From Dimorphilus gyrociliatus (Eukaryota; Animalia; Annelida): a stretch of 61,341 nt of DNA. The stretch covers positions 1-61,341 of the forward strand of contig CAJFCJ010000065.1 of the NCBI GenBank assembly GCA_904063045.1. Reading direction: 5' to 3'. The translations under genes were made by a program, and so were the position numbers. The notes beneath the pieces were generated by a model, which had not been told where the DNA came from, made no database searches, and was given only the letters and a program-made list of their open reading frames with translations. Of this stretch, positions 12,556-23,602 are shown one piece after another (the stretch's first letter is position 1; each line of letters opens with the position of its first letter).

Positions 12556-14673
12556 GGTGCAGTGACATTTCGGCCCAGGACATTTTGGCCCACTTTGGGA
12601 CATTTCCGCCCAAAATATTTCACCCCATGTTAGAAAAATAACAAGAAAAAACATGTAATTTTCAATTGCAGTTCCACATATATATATATATATATATATA
12701 AATCATTCAAAAAATTTGAAACATTTTCATATTACCAGTTTTCTTTTTTTCAAAAGTATATTTTACTTTTTTTTGAAATTTCCTTTTCCTGTTGTGAAAA
12801 AAGTAGAGGGTATATTTGTTTTCTTGCATTTCATCCTAGTTTTGATAGAAACCACAGCATGAATTTTAAAAATTGTTGGAAGTGTGGATTGAGGTTCCAC
12901 TGGACTCAAAGAAAATTCAGATGCAAGTTGTGCAGACATTTTTATCATGCAAAATGTTCAAAAAGTAAGTGTATTCTATTAAACTTTCCAATGTTTAATG
13001 CTATATCATTTATATATTAAGATACAGATTATTGCTCTGATTGTCATGATGTCAGGAGAAGACAATTATTTATTAAATTGAAGAAAATAGATAATTATCA
13101 TCAGAGTGAAATTCTTCAAGAAAGTGATATTGATATGGAATCTTCCATGGATTATGCAAGTGAAAGCAACACAAATCAGGTAATTTCAATGCTTAAAAAA
13201 TATTAATATCTCACTCTAAATTATTTTTGACAGCTGAGACTCTCTTTTGACTTTAATTCAACTGAATCATCAAATATTGAAAAAGAGGTGAATCTTCCTG
13301 ATAATAGGCAAGATATGAGAGATATGAGAGTTGACATCAGTGATGAAACTTCATTTGAGATGGATGAGCAGTGTAACATTATGGAAACTGAAACAGATGA
13401 ATTCAAAATTGTTGTTGGTGGAAGTACCAAAGGTAAAGACTTACTTCTACACAAAAATTGTTCATATTCCATGAAAAGAAAAACTGAGAGTTCAATTACC
13501 TGGAGATGTACTCAAAGATATGCTAAAAATCCTTGTACTGCATACATAATACAAAAAGGATCAAATTTCATTGTAAAAAATGGAAACCATCTTCATAAGT
13601 TGTATAAAAATCTGGAAAATGTTCTTCAATCAAGAATGGATTTGAAAGAAATGGCAAATTGTGACAATGACAAAACTGGTAAAAGAATAGCAGAAGATAT
13701 TATTCTTAAATTTAAAGATAATATTGAAGACTTACCAGAATTAGAATCACTAAGAAGAAAAGCTTCCAGATATAAAGAGAATAGAAGACCAAAGCATCCT
13801 AGAGATTTACACTTTGAAATCAATCTAGATGAAATTCCAATGGATTTCTTATTGAAAGATATAAAAGAAAAGAAAAATCAATGTATTATATTTGGTACAA
13901 ATCATCAAATAGAATTACTTGAATGTTGTAAAATTTGGTTCATTGATGCAACTTTTAAAGTTGTTAGAGATCCATTTTATCAACTCTTTTCAATTCATGG
14001 ATTCTTGAAAAAACATGATGAATATCAGCAGGTTCCATTGATTTATGTTCTGATGAGTAGCAAAAAGAAAAACTGCTATATTGCTGTTCTTCAGGTTTGA
14101 AATTTTTCAATATGATATTCACTTTTAATTTAACTCCTTATAAATGAACACAGGAGATAAGAAAATTACTGAATGATAAAACACCCAGGAAATGTGTTCT
14201 TGATTTTGAAAAGGCTATATGGATGGCACTTAAAGACCAGTTTCCTAATTCTGACCTTCAAGGATGCTCTTTTCATTTCAAGCAAGCAATTTTGAGAAAC
14301 ATTCAGGTAGATTAAACAATACTGCAAACAATTAAATATTCATAGAAAATTTTTTGTTAGAAACTTGGATACATTAATGATTATAAAGAAAATGAATATA
14401 AAGGGAAAATGTTACAAAAATTGATGTGTTTGGCCTATCTTCCAGCAAAATTTATTGAACAAAAGTTTTTTCAAATAAAAGAAGAACTTTGTGAAAAGAA
14501 ATTGTTTTCAGATTTGCTTGATTATATTGAAGAAACATTTATTAAAATTATTGTGAGAACAAACAATCATGTTGAGGCATGGCATTCCAGGCTTAACAAA
14601 AACTTGAACATGGATGAGAACTTGTATTCCCTCATAAAAGAATTAAGAAGAGAAGCTGAGTTAGTAGAGATCT
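12556..14673 (+). mobile_element. Mutator/Phantom element family B, 3'-truncated (left-arm copy)
   Basis: The 5' TIR GGTGCAGTGACATTTCGGCCC... at 12556 matches the end of the copy at 47113-49013. Homology to that copy stops at 14673, where BEL/Pao sequence begins. No 3' TIR. Confidence 0.88.
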
Positions 14674-14687
14674 ACTGGAATTCTTAA
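12859..14687 (+). pseudogene. PHD-FLYWCH-MULE transposase, 5 exons (12859-12964, 13022-13179, 13234-14094, 14154-14306, 14361-14687), truncated
   Basis: C4HC3 PHD (CWKC...CKLCRHFYHAKC...CSDC), FLYWCH-like WRC...CTA...H-x-H, IDATFK, LDFEKA...GCSFH and RTNNHVEAWH. It lacks 13 codons before RTNN and has no normal C-terminus. Confidence 0.85.
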
Positions 14688-15621
14688 TAAACAATAACAA
14701 AAGATCATAAAAGATTTTAATAATAATTATTTTTATCTAACATTGAAAATTTTGAATCATTGAACCCCATTTCAACTGTTCCAATAAGATTTAAAGGTAC
14801 ATTATCATTTGTTACAAACAATTTTTTTTGATAATTGTAATTGTAGCCTATAGAGACAAAATGTCCTTTAAAGAAAAATCTCTTAATTTTGTCAATTTAT
14901 CAGCCAGATTATTCTCTGTGGGTACATATTCCCATTGATAATCCTCAGTATGATTAAGAATTTTCTTGACTCTTTCTCTCTTGAATTGTACTAAAGGGAT
15001 ATCATTTCCATTAGGGCTGTAATTGCATGCGAACACCACTCTGAATTTCTTGTGTTTACTCTGAACTCCATGATGAGGGATGTAATTTACTATGTTAACG
15101 CCCTTTGGTTTGGGGATTGCAACCGCTTCATTCAAATATTTGTAAATTTTCTTGTCATATTTCCATTCTAAAACAGGGTTATTCTTAAAGGCTTTCAGCT
15201 GCTGTAATAGACAATTTTCCTCCATCTTCCTTGGGCAGAATTCTTTTCTTTGTCTATTAACAATAGTGCTATAATTTTATCATCTTTGATTACTGTCTCC
15301 TTTTCAAACAGTTTTGAAAGCACTTCATCTGCTATTGATATTTTTGTTTCTTTGTTCTGTGGGTTTTTAACTGCAATATTGCAGTTAACTTGCACTTTAG
15401 CATTGTTGCCAGCCTAGCTTGTTTTTTACCAAAGTCATCCCATTATCCAAATTTTTCGAATCTGTGTGGTGTAATAACGAATAATAATTATTGCCCACTA
15501 CCAAACCCACTCCTTCATTTTGAAATTGAGGGATTTCGATATTTCCATGTTTAAATTTTTGCTGGTTTACTCTTGGCAAATGTTCAATGCCATTTGCCTC
15601 GATCTAACAACCATTTATATT

Positions 15622-15812
15622 GGGGTCGGGTGTGAACGTACCTGGGTGCGAACGTACCCGGGTGCGAACGTACCCTGGGCGGGTGCGAACGTACCCTGGG
15701 CGGGTGCGAACGTACCCTGGGCGGGTGCGAACGTACCCTGGGCGGGTGCGAACGTACCCTGGGCGGGTGCGAACGTACCTGGGTACGTTCGCACCCTATT
15801 TTTATATTTATT
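15622..15812 (+). repeat. Left TIR of MULE A: tandem 20-bp units plus a 15-bp-stem hairpin
   Basis: Repeated gggtgcgaacgtaccctgggc; hairpin gggtgcgaacgtacc-tg-ggtacgttcgcaccc at 15765-15796. Confidence 0.9.
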
Positions 15813-16301
15813 TTATTTTTGAATTTTTGAATAAACATGTACATTGACACCCTTTTTTCCTTCTGTTCCTTCATTATATATTTGTTAATATATTGATTTG
15901 ATAGAATGCAGATATTAAATAGAATACATATCCCATCAATATTAAATTACTACTTTAAAAGAAAATGTTGTTGAAAGTGAAATAGCAGCCATTTTAATAG
16001 TGATAGTTTTATTAAATAAACTTTCACTTGGAATATTTATCCTTGCAAAAGTAAAGCTATATTTACTGAATAAATTTGGACAAAGTTCTTCTTGGAAGCT
16101 TCAACAGAAGTGAGTATTTATATCTAATCATTGAGATTGTTGATTCATGATATTTTGATGTAATATACTATCTTCAATTGTGAAAAAGCTGAATATTTTT
16201 CATAAATAAAATTTCAGCCATTTTGAATATTTGGAAAGGAAATTTATTGATAACTGGAAATATTTTTAGATAACCATCTACATTTGATTGAAGATTAAAA
16301 A

Positions 16302-18203
16302 ATGGCTTTCAAATGTCACAATTGTCATTCAACAATTTATGGAAGGCAAAAATATTTGAAATGCAGCCTTTGTAAGAATCTTATTCATAGGAAATGCACA
16401 GGTATGTAACTCTTTAATCAGCTTTCATGTAATTATATTTTTTAACATATTCTTATAGAAACACATAACATACCAATTTGCAAACCTTGTAACAAAAGAA
16501 AATGTACTGTCATGCTCAAGAAGTTAACTAATCTGGAAATTCATCAATTCAAAGTAAATTCTGAAGAAAGCTTTATTGATGAAAGAAATAAGATTGCTGC
16601 AGTTGAGGAATCAATATTGGAGGATGAAAATCATGTTCTTTCAGAATGCCAATCAATGGACCTAGACTCTTTGGAGGAAGTTGAAGAGAATGCTGAAGAA
16701 TATTGTGAATCATCCACAAAAAGTGATTTTGAGATTGTAAAAGGAGGAAGTAGAAAGGGACATGACATTTTACTGAATGATGGATATTCTTTTGTTGTTA
16801 AACATAAAACACCATCAAGTACTATTTGGGTGTGCAGTGTGAGAAGTAAGAAGAAAAGATGTGTGGCCAGAATAAGACAAAATGGAAATTTATTTCTCAA
16901 AGGCAATTTGGAACATAATCACAACAGAAAAAAGAATTTAGAAGTGGATATTAAAGTGAAAACAGATTTGAAAATTGTTTGCAGAAGTGATAATCAAACA
17001 TCTGGAAGAAGCATTGCTGAAAAAGTTCTTCTATCCTATGAACCCAATGCAACTTGTCTTCCTGATATCAACTATTTGAAGAGAATGGCAAACTCAAATA
17101 GACAAAAGTTTAGGCCAGTGGAACCTAAAGTGTACAACTTTAATTTAGATGAAACATTTTTGCCTGATGAATTTTTGCAGAAAGATATTTGTGAAAATGG
17201 AGAAAGAATTTTAATCTTTGCAACAAACCATCAGCTGAATTTATTATCAAAATCCAACTGTTGGTACATTGATGGTACTTTCAAGATTGTAAAAGAACCA
17301 TTTTATCAACTTGTCACTATTCACTCATTTGTTAAGAAGAGTGGTGATATGAAGCAAGTTCCTCTTGTTTTTATTTTTCTGACTTCAAAGCATACCAAAG
17401 CATACTTACAAGCATTTCAAGTAAATATTTCATATTATCTCTTCAAAAGTGATGATAAATAAAGTTGCTTTTTTGTAGCATATCAACAATCTTATCAATG
17501 ATTTTCATCCAAAAAGAATTACAATGGATTTTGAAAAAGGACTATGGAAAGCATTATCAAAAGTATATCCCCTCACTGAATTTCAAGGTTGTGTATTTCA
17601 TTTCACACAAGCAGTATACAGGAAAATACAAGTCAGTTACATTCAAATATATATAACATTATCTATTAAATAACTTATATTATTGAATAGGCTCTTGGCT
17701 ATGTAAAGAAATACAAAGAAAAAGGAAATGATTGGAAAGATTTCAGAAAATTGATGGCTCTGCCATTCTTGCCAGCACATATTATTCAACCAACATTTGA
17801 CAGCATAAATGCAGAACTTTGTGAAAAAAATAGATTTTTGGACCTGCTGCAATACTTCCAAACAAACTGGATCAAAAATAAATTATGGAAACCAAATAAC
17901 TGGTCAGTTTTTGGTTTGTCTATTAGGACCAATAATGATTGTGAAGGATGGCATCAAAGAATGAATAGTAAGCTGCCTGCTAAAGGTTCTTTTTACATGC
18001 TGGTTGATGAGCTAAAAAAAGAGTCTGAGTTGATTGCAGTTTATGAGAAATTACTGTCAGAAAAAAGGATTTACAAACATCAAAAGAAAAAGTATATTGA
18101 CATCCAAAAGAAAATTTTTGATTTATGGGATGATTTCAAGTTGAACAAATTGACATCAATTGATCTATTAATGCAGACATCCCATATCTACTCTCCAGCA
18201 TAA
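16302..18203 (+). CDS. PHD-FLYWCH-MULE transposase, 4 exons (16302-16401, 16459-17420, 17479-17631, 17691-18203), 575 aa
   Basis: All introns are GT-AG with compatible phases and the spliced frame has no stop. PHD CHNC..CSLCKNLIHRKC..CKPC; FLYWCH-like WVC..CVA..HNH; catalytic YIDGTFK, MDFEKG..GCVFH, RTNNDCEGWH. Confidence 0.9.
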
Positions 18204-18307
18204 ATATCATTTGTCAAGCTTTATTGTTTTTTAGTATAATATTTAGTCTTTTAAATACATACTTTTAGATTTATAGCTAAATCTTTTATTCAAAAATTCA
18301 AAAATAA

Positions 18308-18414
18308 AATAAATATAAAAATAGGGTGCGAACGTACCTGGGTACGTTCGCACCCGCCCAGGGTACGTTCGCACCCGGGTACGTTCACACCCAGGTACGT
18401 TCGCACCCCAACTC
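18308..18414 (-). repeat. Right TIR of MULE A (fewer tandem units)
   Basis: Reverse complement of the left TIR with fewer units; hairpin at 18324-18355. Confidence 0.9.
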
Positions 18415-18657
18415 ATTTATATTCAACTGATATAAGTCTGCAGTACGTCGAATTACTCAGAGTCCATTTATTATTAGATCTGTTTGTGCAATAGGCTTTA
18501 TTCACCACTTCTTCATTAAATCATTTCTTACTAGCATGATGTCTGATCCAGTATCTCCTATTACAACCAAGTTTTGTTGTTTAGTGTTAACCTTAATGTT
18601 AACCATATTCGCCAATTTTGCTCTGTCCTCTACCACCAGTAAAGTGTTTTCTACCTT

Positions 18658-19452
18658 TCAACAGTTATGTAAAGCAGGATGGACTTGTTGTTGGCACCTG
18701 TCACAAGGTTTTTTGGTACAATTCCTTGCTTTGGGGCCAAGCCTTAAGCAGTTTAAACATCTATTCAACTTGGTTAATTTCTCTTTTCTCACAAATTTGC
18801 TGTCCCTTTCAAATTCCAGACACTCCAACATCCTATGTCGTCGTTCACAATAATAGCAAATTATTCTCCCAGTCTGAAGATCTTTACCTTTACCATCAAA
18901 TCTATGGGCGGATTTTGATGAGCTAGAGATCAGAGAATATTGCAGATAAACCGCCCTGCTTTGTTGAGACTCTAAGAATTGAATTAACTCTTTCTCTGGT
19001 TCATATTCATTTGTGCCTATTTTACTTTTGGTTCTTTTAACCCACAGTTCCTTTAGAGAATCTGTAAAGTTTCCCACTGCTACCTCAACCATTGGTTGGA
19101 CTTGTTCCGCGCCCAACAATTTTATTACACTCCACATATATTCTGCAAGATTTACTAAGGTGTCACCAGCACCTATATCCAGTTTCCCATAGCAGTGGAT
19201 TCTGTTGACCATCTCCTCATATTTGTCTATTCTATTAAAGTGATGATCTAATCTTTCTAAAGCTGATTCAAACCTTCCACTTGGGTGGGAAGCATATTCT
19301 TCTATTTGGCTCTTGAATGACTCCTTTTTGAGTAAATTCTTAAGAGGGGGGCTTTTTGATGTAACAATCTTGAAACTAACCCTAACCCTGCCTTTTAATT
19401 GAGATGGCAATATAGAATCTTCAAAATCATCAGAGTTTATATTGCTCGCCAT
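18658..19452 (-). CDS. BEL/Pao gag-like ORF (264 aa)
   Basis: Triple zinc knuckle typical of BEL/Pao: CYYCERRHRMLEC, CLNCLRLGPKARNC (His lost) and CDRCQQQVHPALH. A stop precedes the protease region. Confidence 0.8.
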   Translation of the reverse strand: MASNINSDDFEDSILPSQLKGRVRVSFKIVTSKSPPLKNLLKKESFKSQIEEYASHPSGRFESALERLDHHFNRIDKYEEMVNRIHCYGKLDIGAGDTLVNLAEYMWSVIKLLGAEQVQPMVEVAVGNFTDSLKELWVKRTKSKIGTNEYEPEKELIQFLESQQSRAVYLQYSLISSSSKSAHRFDGKGKDLQTGRIICYYCERRHRMLECLEFERDSKFVRKEKLTKLNRCLNCLRLGPKARNCTKKPCDRCQQQVHPALHNC

Positions 19453-19649
19453 TTTTAATTTTCAAAATTTTTTCAATGGTCAAACATTCTATCTTCCAAA
19501 TGGTTATAAATACCTTTGGTTCTTGATTATTGAAATATTCTTTTCTACTGGACAATTCCCAGCAATTCTTAACTCCCAATGGTTAAGATATTCTCAACTT
19601 TCGAATGTGAGGAACAATTTAAATTCTCCTTTCTGAATCGTCCCAAAAA

Positions 19650-19906
19650 TGTAAAACTAATTCAAAATTTGTCTTATCGAGAACTTCGTCTTGTCTTTAC
19701 TTTTGAATAAAGTAGGAAAAGGACTTTATTTTAATAGTTACTGTGAAACATATATCTTAACAATATATATTACGACGGTAAAGACAATTCAGCTACTGAA
19801 CATACACCAAGGGCCACCTGGCGGGATTCTTACAACATTATGTTTAAAAGATACATCGGCCCTCTGCCGGCTATTACAAACGTTACTTATCGTATCTTAT
19901 TCAACA
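19650..19906 (-). repeat. 5' LTR of BEL/Pao element (257 bp)
   Basis: TGT...ACA bounds on the minus strand, AATAAA inside, about 200 bp upstream of gag. No recognisable canonical PBS. Confidence 0.65.
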
Positions 19907-19989
19907 TTATCTAATCAGAATAGAATAGAAAGCTAAAAATAATTGAAAATTTGAAACAATGAAATTCATTTTACTTTGGAAAAGAGAAC

Positions 19990-21942
19990 ATGACTTTGTT
20001 AATCAATGCCCTGTTCTGTTAGTAGTTTTTTAAAGAGTTTCTATTTAATTTATGCATGTCTTTTTAATTTTAAATAGTGTTAACATTAGTTGAGTGCAAC
20101 TTTTCTCGATTTGTTTGTCCCTTAAACTCTGAATTGAAGCCTATTGATGGTGCCTTTGCTGACCCCAGTTATTGTGGAACTTACTATAATTGTATCAATG
20201 GTACAGCTCATCCTCAACAATGTCCTCCTGGACTTTTATTTACTCTCCTCTTAACCAATTGTAAATATACTATGTGTGTGGAACCACATATTGCTGATTG
20301 TCCAGGAGATAATTCATCAATGATTATAGAATCTAAGGAATCTAATGAATGTTCAACAGATGTTGATGTTGTAAATAACTTTGATAAATTATGTTATATG
20401 AAAAATTCTGAGTGTGAAGATAATCGAATTGGGACATACCCTAACAAAAATGACTGTAGACAATATTATCATTGTTTTAATGGTGTTGCATGGCCTCAGC
20501 AATGTCCACAAGGTTACTTTTTCAGTCCATCTTTAAACATTCGAGATTGTGCAACAAAAGTGTGCGTTACAGCTGATGAATCTAACTGCCCTGTAGCAGG
20601 AGAATGGTCCCAATGGTCTAGGTGGAGTGAATGTAATCCATTTTGTGGAGATGGTCTACGAACTCGTACAAGAACTTGTACAAACCCTGCTCCAACAAAT
20701 GGCGGTGCTGATTGTCCAGGAAATTCAATTGATGTTTTATTATGCACAAATCCTCCATGCAATTCAAATAAAAAACCAGCATTTATGGTCTCAATGACAA
20801 GATCTACTTCATTACCATTGGGAAGATTGGTATGGAATAAAGTAAATCATGATAATGGTGATTTATTCAATACAACTACAAATTCATTAAACATAAAAAG
20901 AAATGGTTTATATTTCCTATCATCTACTGCAACAACACCTCTATCTTCAAATATAGACTTTTTAATGAAAACAAATGATTTAGGATCTAATATTGCTCTC
21001 TTTCAAGAAAATAGTTACCATAGTGATACTTTTAGCATAGGTGGAATATATTCATTAACTTCTCTGTCAAAACCTAACCAAGATATTGGAAGTATGACTG
21101 AGATTGTTAGTAGTGAAAATGGCTGTCAAACATCATGGAGTGGCTTTTTCTATGAAACAAACAATGCATTCTTAATTGGAAGAGGAACTGATTATACAAA
21201 TGTCAATAGTACAATTCCCCTTAATATTATTGTTACACTAAGGGGCGTGGCTATAAATACTGCTAAAACTGAATTAACCATATCAACAGATGGATGGTAT
21301 TTTATTCATTTTGGTACAGGTTTTAAAGATGGCAGAGATTGTTTAGTTGGTGTAGTAGTTAATGATGATCCATTACCTTCTTCAAGACATGTAGTTAAAT
21401 CTAATTTTATGTCAAGAAATAATCATGGGTCGAGAGGAATTCTTATTAAATTAAACAAAAATGATAAAATGTCATTAAAATTATTTAGAGGTTATTCAAG
21501 GTCAGCATATTTATATACATATCTATCTGGTTTTAAATTGAGTGCAACTGAACAAAGTCCAGCATTTTATGCATATAGAACTCGAAGTTTGTTCGTATCA
21601 AGAAGGGAACGGATTGATTATCAACAAATTGAACTTGACACAAACTCTGGCTGGAATCCAGGACAGAAAGCTTATAAAGTTGCAATTTCCGGTTTATATT
21701 ATATTGATGTATCAGTTGGAACATTTTCAGGATTGCAAACTGTAATATCAATTATGGTTAATGATGAAGAGAAATTGGGTATGCAAAGATTAAGATATCG
21801 AAGATATAGTGAAAGTATGAGCAGAGGAGGATTGTTAAAGTTAGAACAAGGTGATACTTTATCAGTTGAGACAATTAACGATGTCTTCAGCTCAACATGG
21901 AAATTGACATCAATAACTCTTTTTTATGTTTCATCCTCATAA
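19990..21942 (+). CDS. Secreted chitin-binding type 2 (x2) - TSP1 - C1q-like (x3) protein; exons 19990-20017 and 20078-21942
   Basis: A 60-nt GT-AG intron gives the signal peptide MTLLINALFLLTLVEC. Two peritrophin-A patterns (C..YYNC..QQCPPGLLF; C..YYHC..QQCPQGYFF), TSP1 WSQWSRWSEC..CG.G.RTRTRTC, and three gC1q-like blocks (PAF...NGLYF; NAF...DGWYF; PAF...SGLYY...L.L..GD). Confidence 0.88.
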
Positions 21943-22107
21943 TCAATTATCATTTTTTTCACATGTTTTTTGAGTACAATTGATTGAATATGAACTTGCC
22001 TATACTATCCAATCAAACATTACAACTAGTCTCTGGACATATCATGTTACAATTCACAACATTAGTAGGATTTAATCACACAAGTCATTATTGGCATAAG
22101 ATAAATT

Positions 22108-22314
22108 GGGACCGGTCGAAAACGGCCATAAATGAAATATTTGAAAGTTAGATTTCAGCCTGGGAAATGGTTAGGAGGAATAAGATAACTGTTGATATGT
22201 TCTTAGGAGGGTCCCATCTAAGGGTTAGGGGTATTCAAAAAGGTTTGACAAAAACAAGGGCTGGGTTAGGGTTAGGGTAAAACCATAGATTTATGGCCGT
22301 TTTCTACCACATCC
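22108..22314 (+). mobile_element. 207-bp Mutator-type MITE carrying GGGTTAGGGTTAGGG
   Basis: TIR core gaaaacggccataaat / atttatggccgttttc; GG...CC ends; TSD agataaatt at 22099-22107 and 22315-22323. Mirror copy at 27103-27309. Confidence 0.85.
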
Positions 22315-23049
22315 AGATAAATTGATCTGAACAATATTGGTCATTAGGCATTTGATGGATGGGAGAATATCATCTTTGCATGATATTCTTGATTTCTTAC
22401 ATGAAGATATATTCGAATTATATCTACATTCTTAGGACTTTATTCTATAGAGAGAATACTTATCATTTACTATTTAAAATGCTTGATTTCTTGTAATCGA
22501 CACATTTAATGTTTAAATTATAATATCAGTAATCTTTGTATCAACTTTCACATAATCTTGAGTTAACTAGGCCTAAACAAGATTATCTAACTTCTACTTA
22601 TAATCCCAGCTTTTGACCTTTCAATGTGATAAAACATTGAGAACAATGGAAATTTGAGAGTTTTTGATGAGCAGTATATAAAAATTGATAAGTTTTCTCA
22701 CAAAGAATATAACAAACATATTTTCAATATTTTTCATAGGAAGATTGTTACTGCAATGAAGAAAAGTTCTTTCTCTTATTTCAATTTTTAATCTTTTCAC
22801 TTATTATTAGAATATTAGGTTATTCTACCTTTTCCATCTCTCATACTCATCTGGCAGCAAGGTCTCTCCAATATTTAATGTTAATATATGTGGTGAAATT
22901 TCGCTTTGATTCCAATTAATTTTTTTGAAATGACTCGTTGATGAAAAGACACTCTTGTTAAATGATTGAATTTTTCAATTCACTATTTTCAAGATAATCA
23001 AAGGTTTTATATTATTGAAAGAACAGTGAAGAGATTAGTTCAAAGACAA

Positions 23050-23290
23050 AAGTATTGATAAGTCTAAATATCAATATGAATTATTATGACATATCAAAAT
23101 GATTGATTAATGCATCATTGATCCCTTTCCAAATTTCTTTTGTGAATCTTGAGATAAGCAGGCTTGACCTACTTTTTGCATAGGGGAGAGTGACTGTTAA
23201 TCGTTGATGCCAGGACTCTACATCATATGTTTTTATTCTTTTCAGTAAATGATATAATATTCATTAAACAATTTTCCATTTCAAATCCGT
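23050..23290 (-). mobile_element. Small MULE transposase remnant
   Basis: The minus strand reads TYDVESWHQRL, resembling the TNNxxExWHxRL motif. Confidence 0.4.
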
Positions 23291-23299
23291 ATAGAAATT

Positions 23300-23600
23300 C
23301 ACCTGCACCTGATAAAATCAGTTGTGTGCAGACTGTTATGGGATCTTGCATTGTCATGTTGTAAAATAATCTGTTTTCCAGGCCTTATCCAATACAGTCT
23401 CCTTTCCTGATAAGCCTGTCAACTGCTTCTTTATTGTGATCTGTTAGAGCTGTCTTTGGATGACCAGATCTTGGCAAGTCTTGAAAATTTTTTCTTCCTT
23501 TTTTTATTTTGATAGCCCACCTTCTTACTGAAGCTTCACTTTAAGTTTCTTTAAGTAACGCAAACATACTGACATACATTCACTGACTCATGCTAGCACA
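23300..23600 (-). mobile_element. Mariner transposase remnant
   Basis: The minus strand reads SVRRWAIKIKKGRKNFQDLPRSGHPKTALTDHNKEAVDRLIR (mariner HTH-linker RSGRP) and LQHDNARSH. Heavily deleted. Confidence 0.65.
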
Positions 23601-23602
23601 TA

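Larger units (their letters stand above)
15622..18414 (+). mobile_element. Apparently intact Mutator/Phantom transposon family A (2,793 bp)
   Basis: G...C termini; 9-bp TSD atttatatt at 15613-15621 and 18415-18423; single-copy empty site at 30994-31002 in the other arm; long repeat-structured TIRs. Confidence 0.95.
14674..19906 (-). mobile_element. Internally deleted BEL/Pao LTR retrotransposon (left-arm copy, split by the MULE at 15622-18414)
   Basis: Mirror of 29511-31941: LTR 19650-19906, gag 18658-19452, protease DTGS, an RT fragment (YIPHHGV..KFRVVF) and an RNase H fragment (WEYVPTENNLADKLTK). Confidence 0.85.
11016..22608 (+). repeat. Left arm of large inverted duplication (8,791 bp plus a 2,802-bp insertion)
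   Basis: Mirror coordinates sum to 46615 for 11016-15621 and to 49417 for 18415-22608. Identical ORFs appear on opposite strands in the ORF track. Only two substitutions were noticed (14638 vs 31977; 22510 vs 26907). Confidence 0.97.

Noticed and set aside
15520-15874. Repetitive-peptide ORFs (GANVPWA, RVRSHPP, RVRTYPG) and a CRISPR-like look
   Set aside because: These are translations of the 20-bp TIR units of MULE A. The repeats are contiguous with no unique spacers, and the context is eukaryotic.
18536-21751. Antisense ORFs overlapping gag and the C1q gene (e.g. 18536-18853, 20514-20762, 21533-21751) and their mirrors
   Set aside because: Shadow ORFs of real coding sequence; their duplication is explained by the inverted repeat, not by selection.
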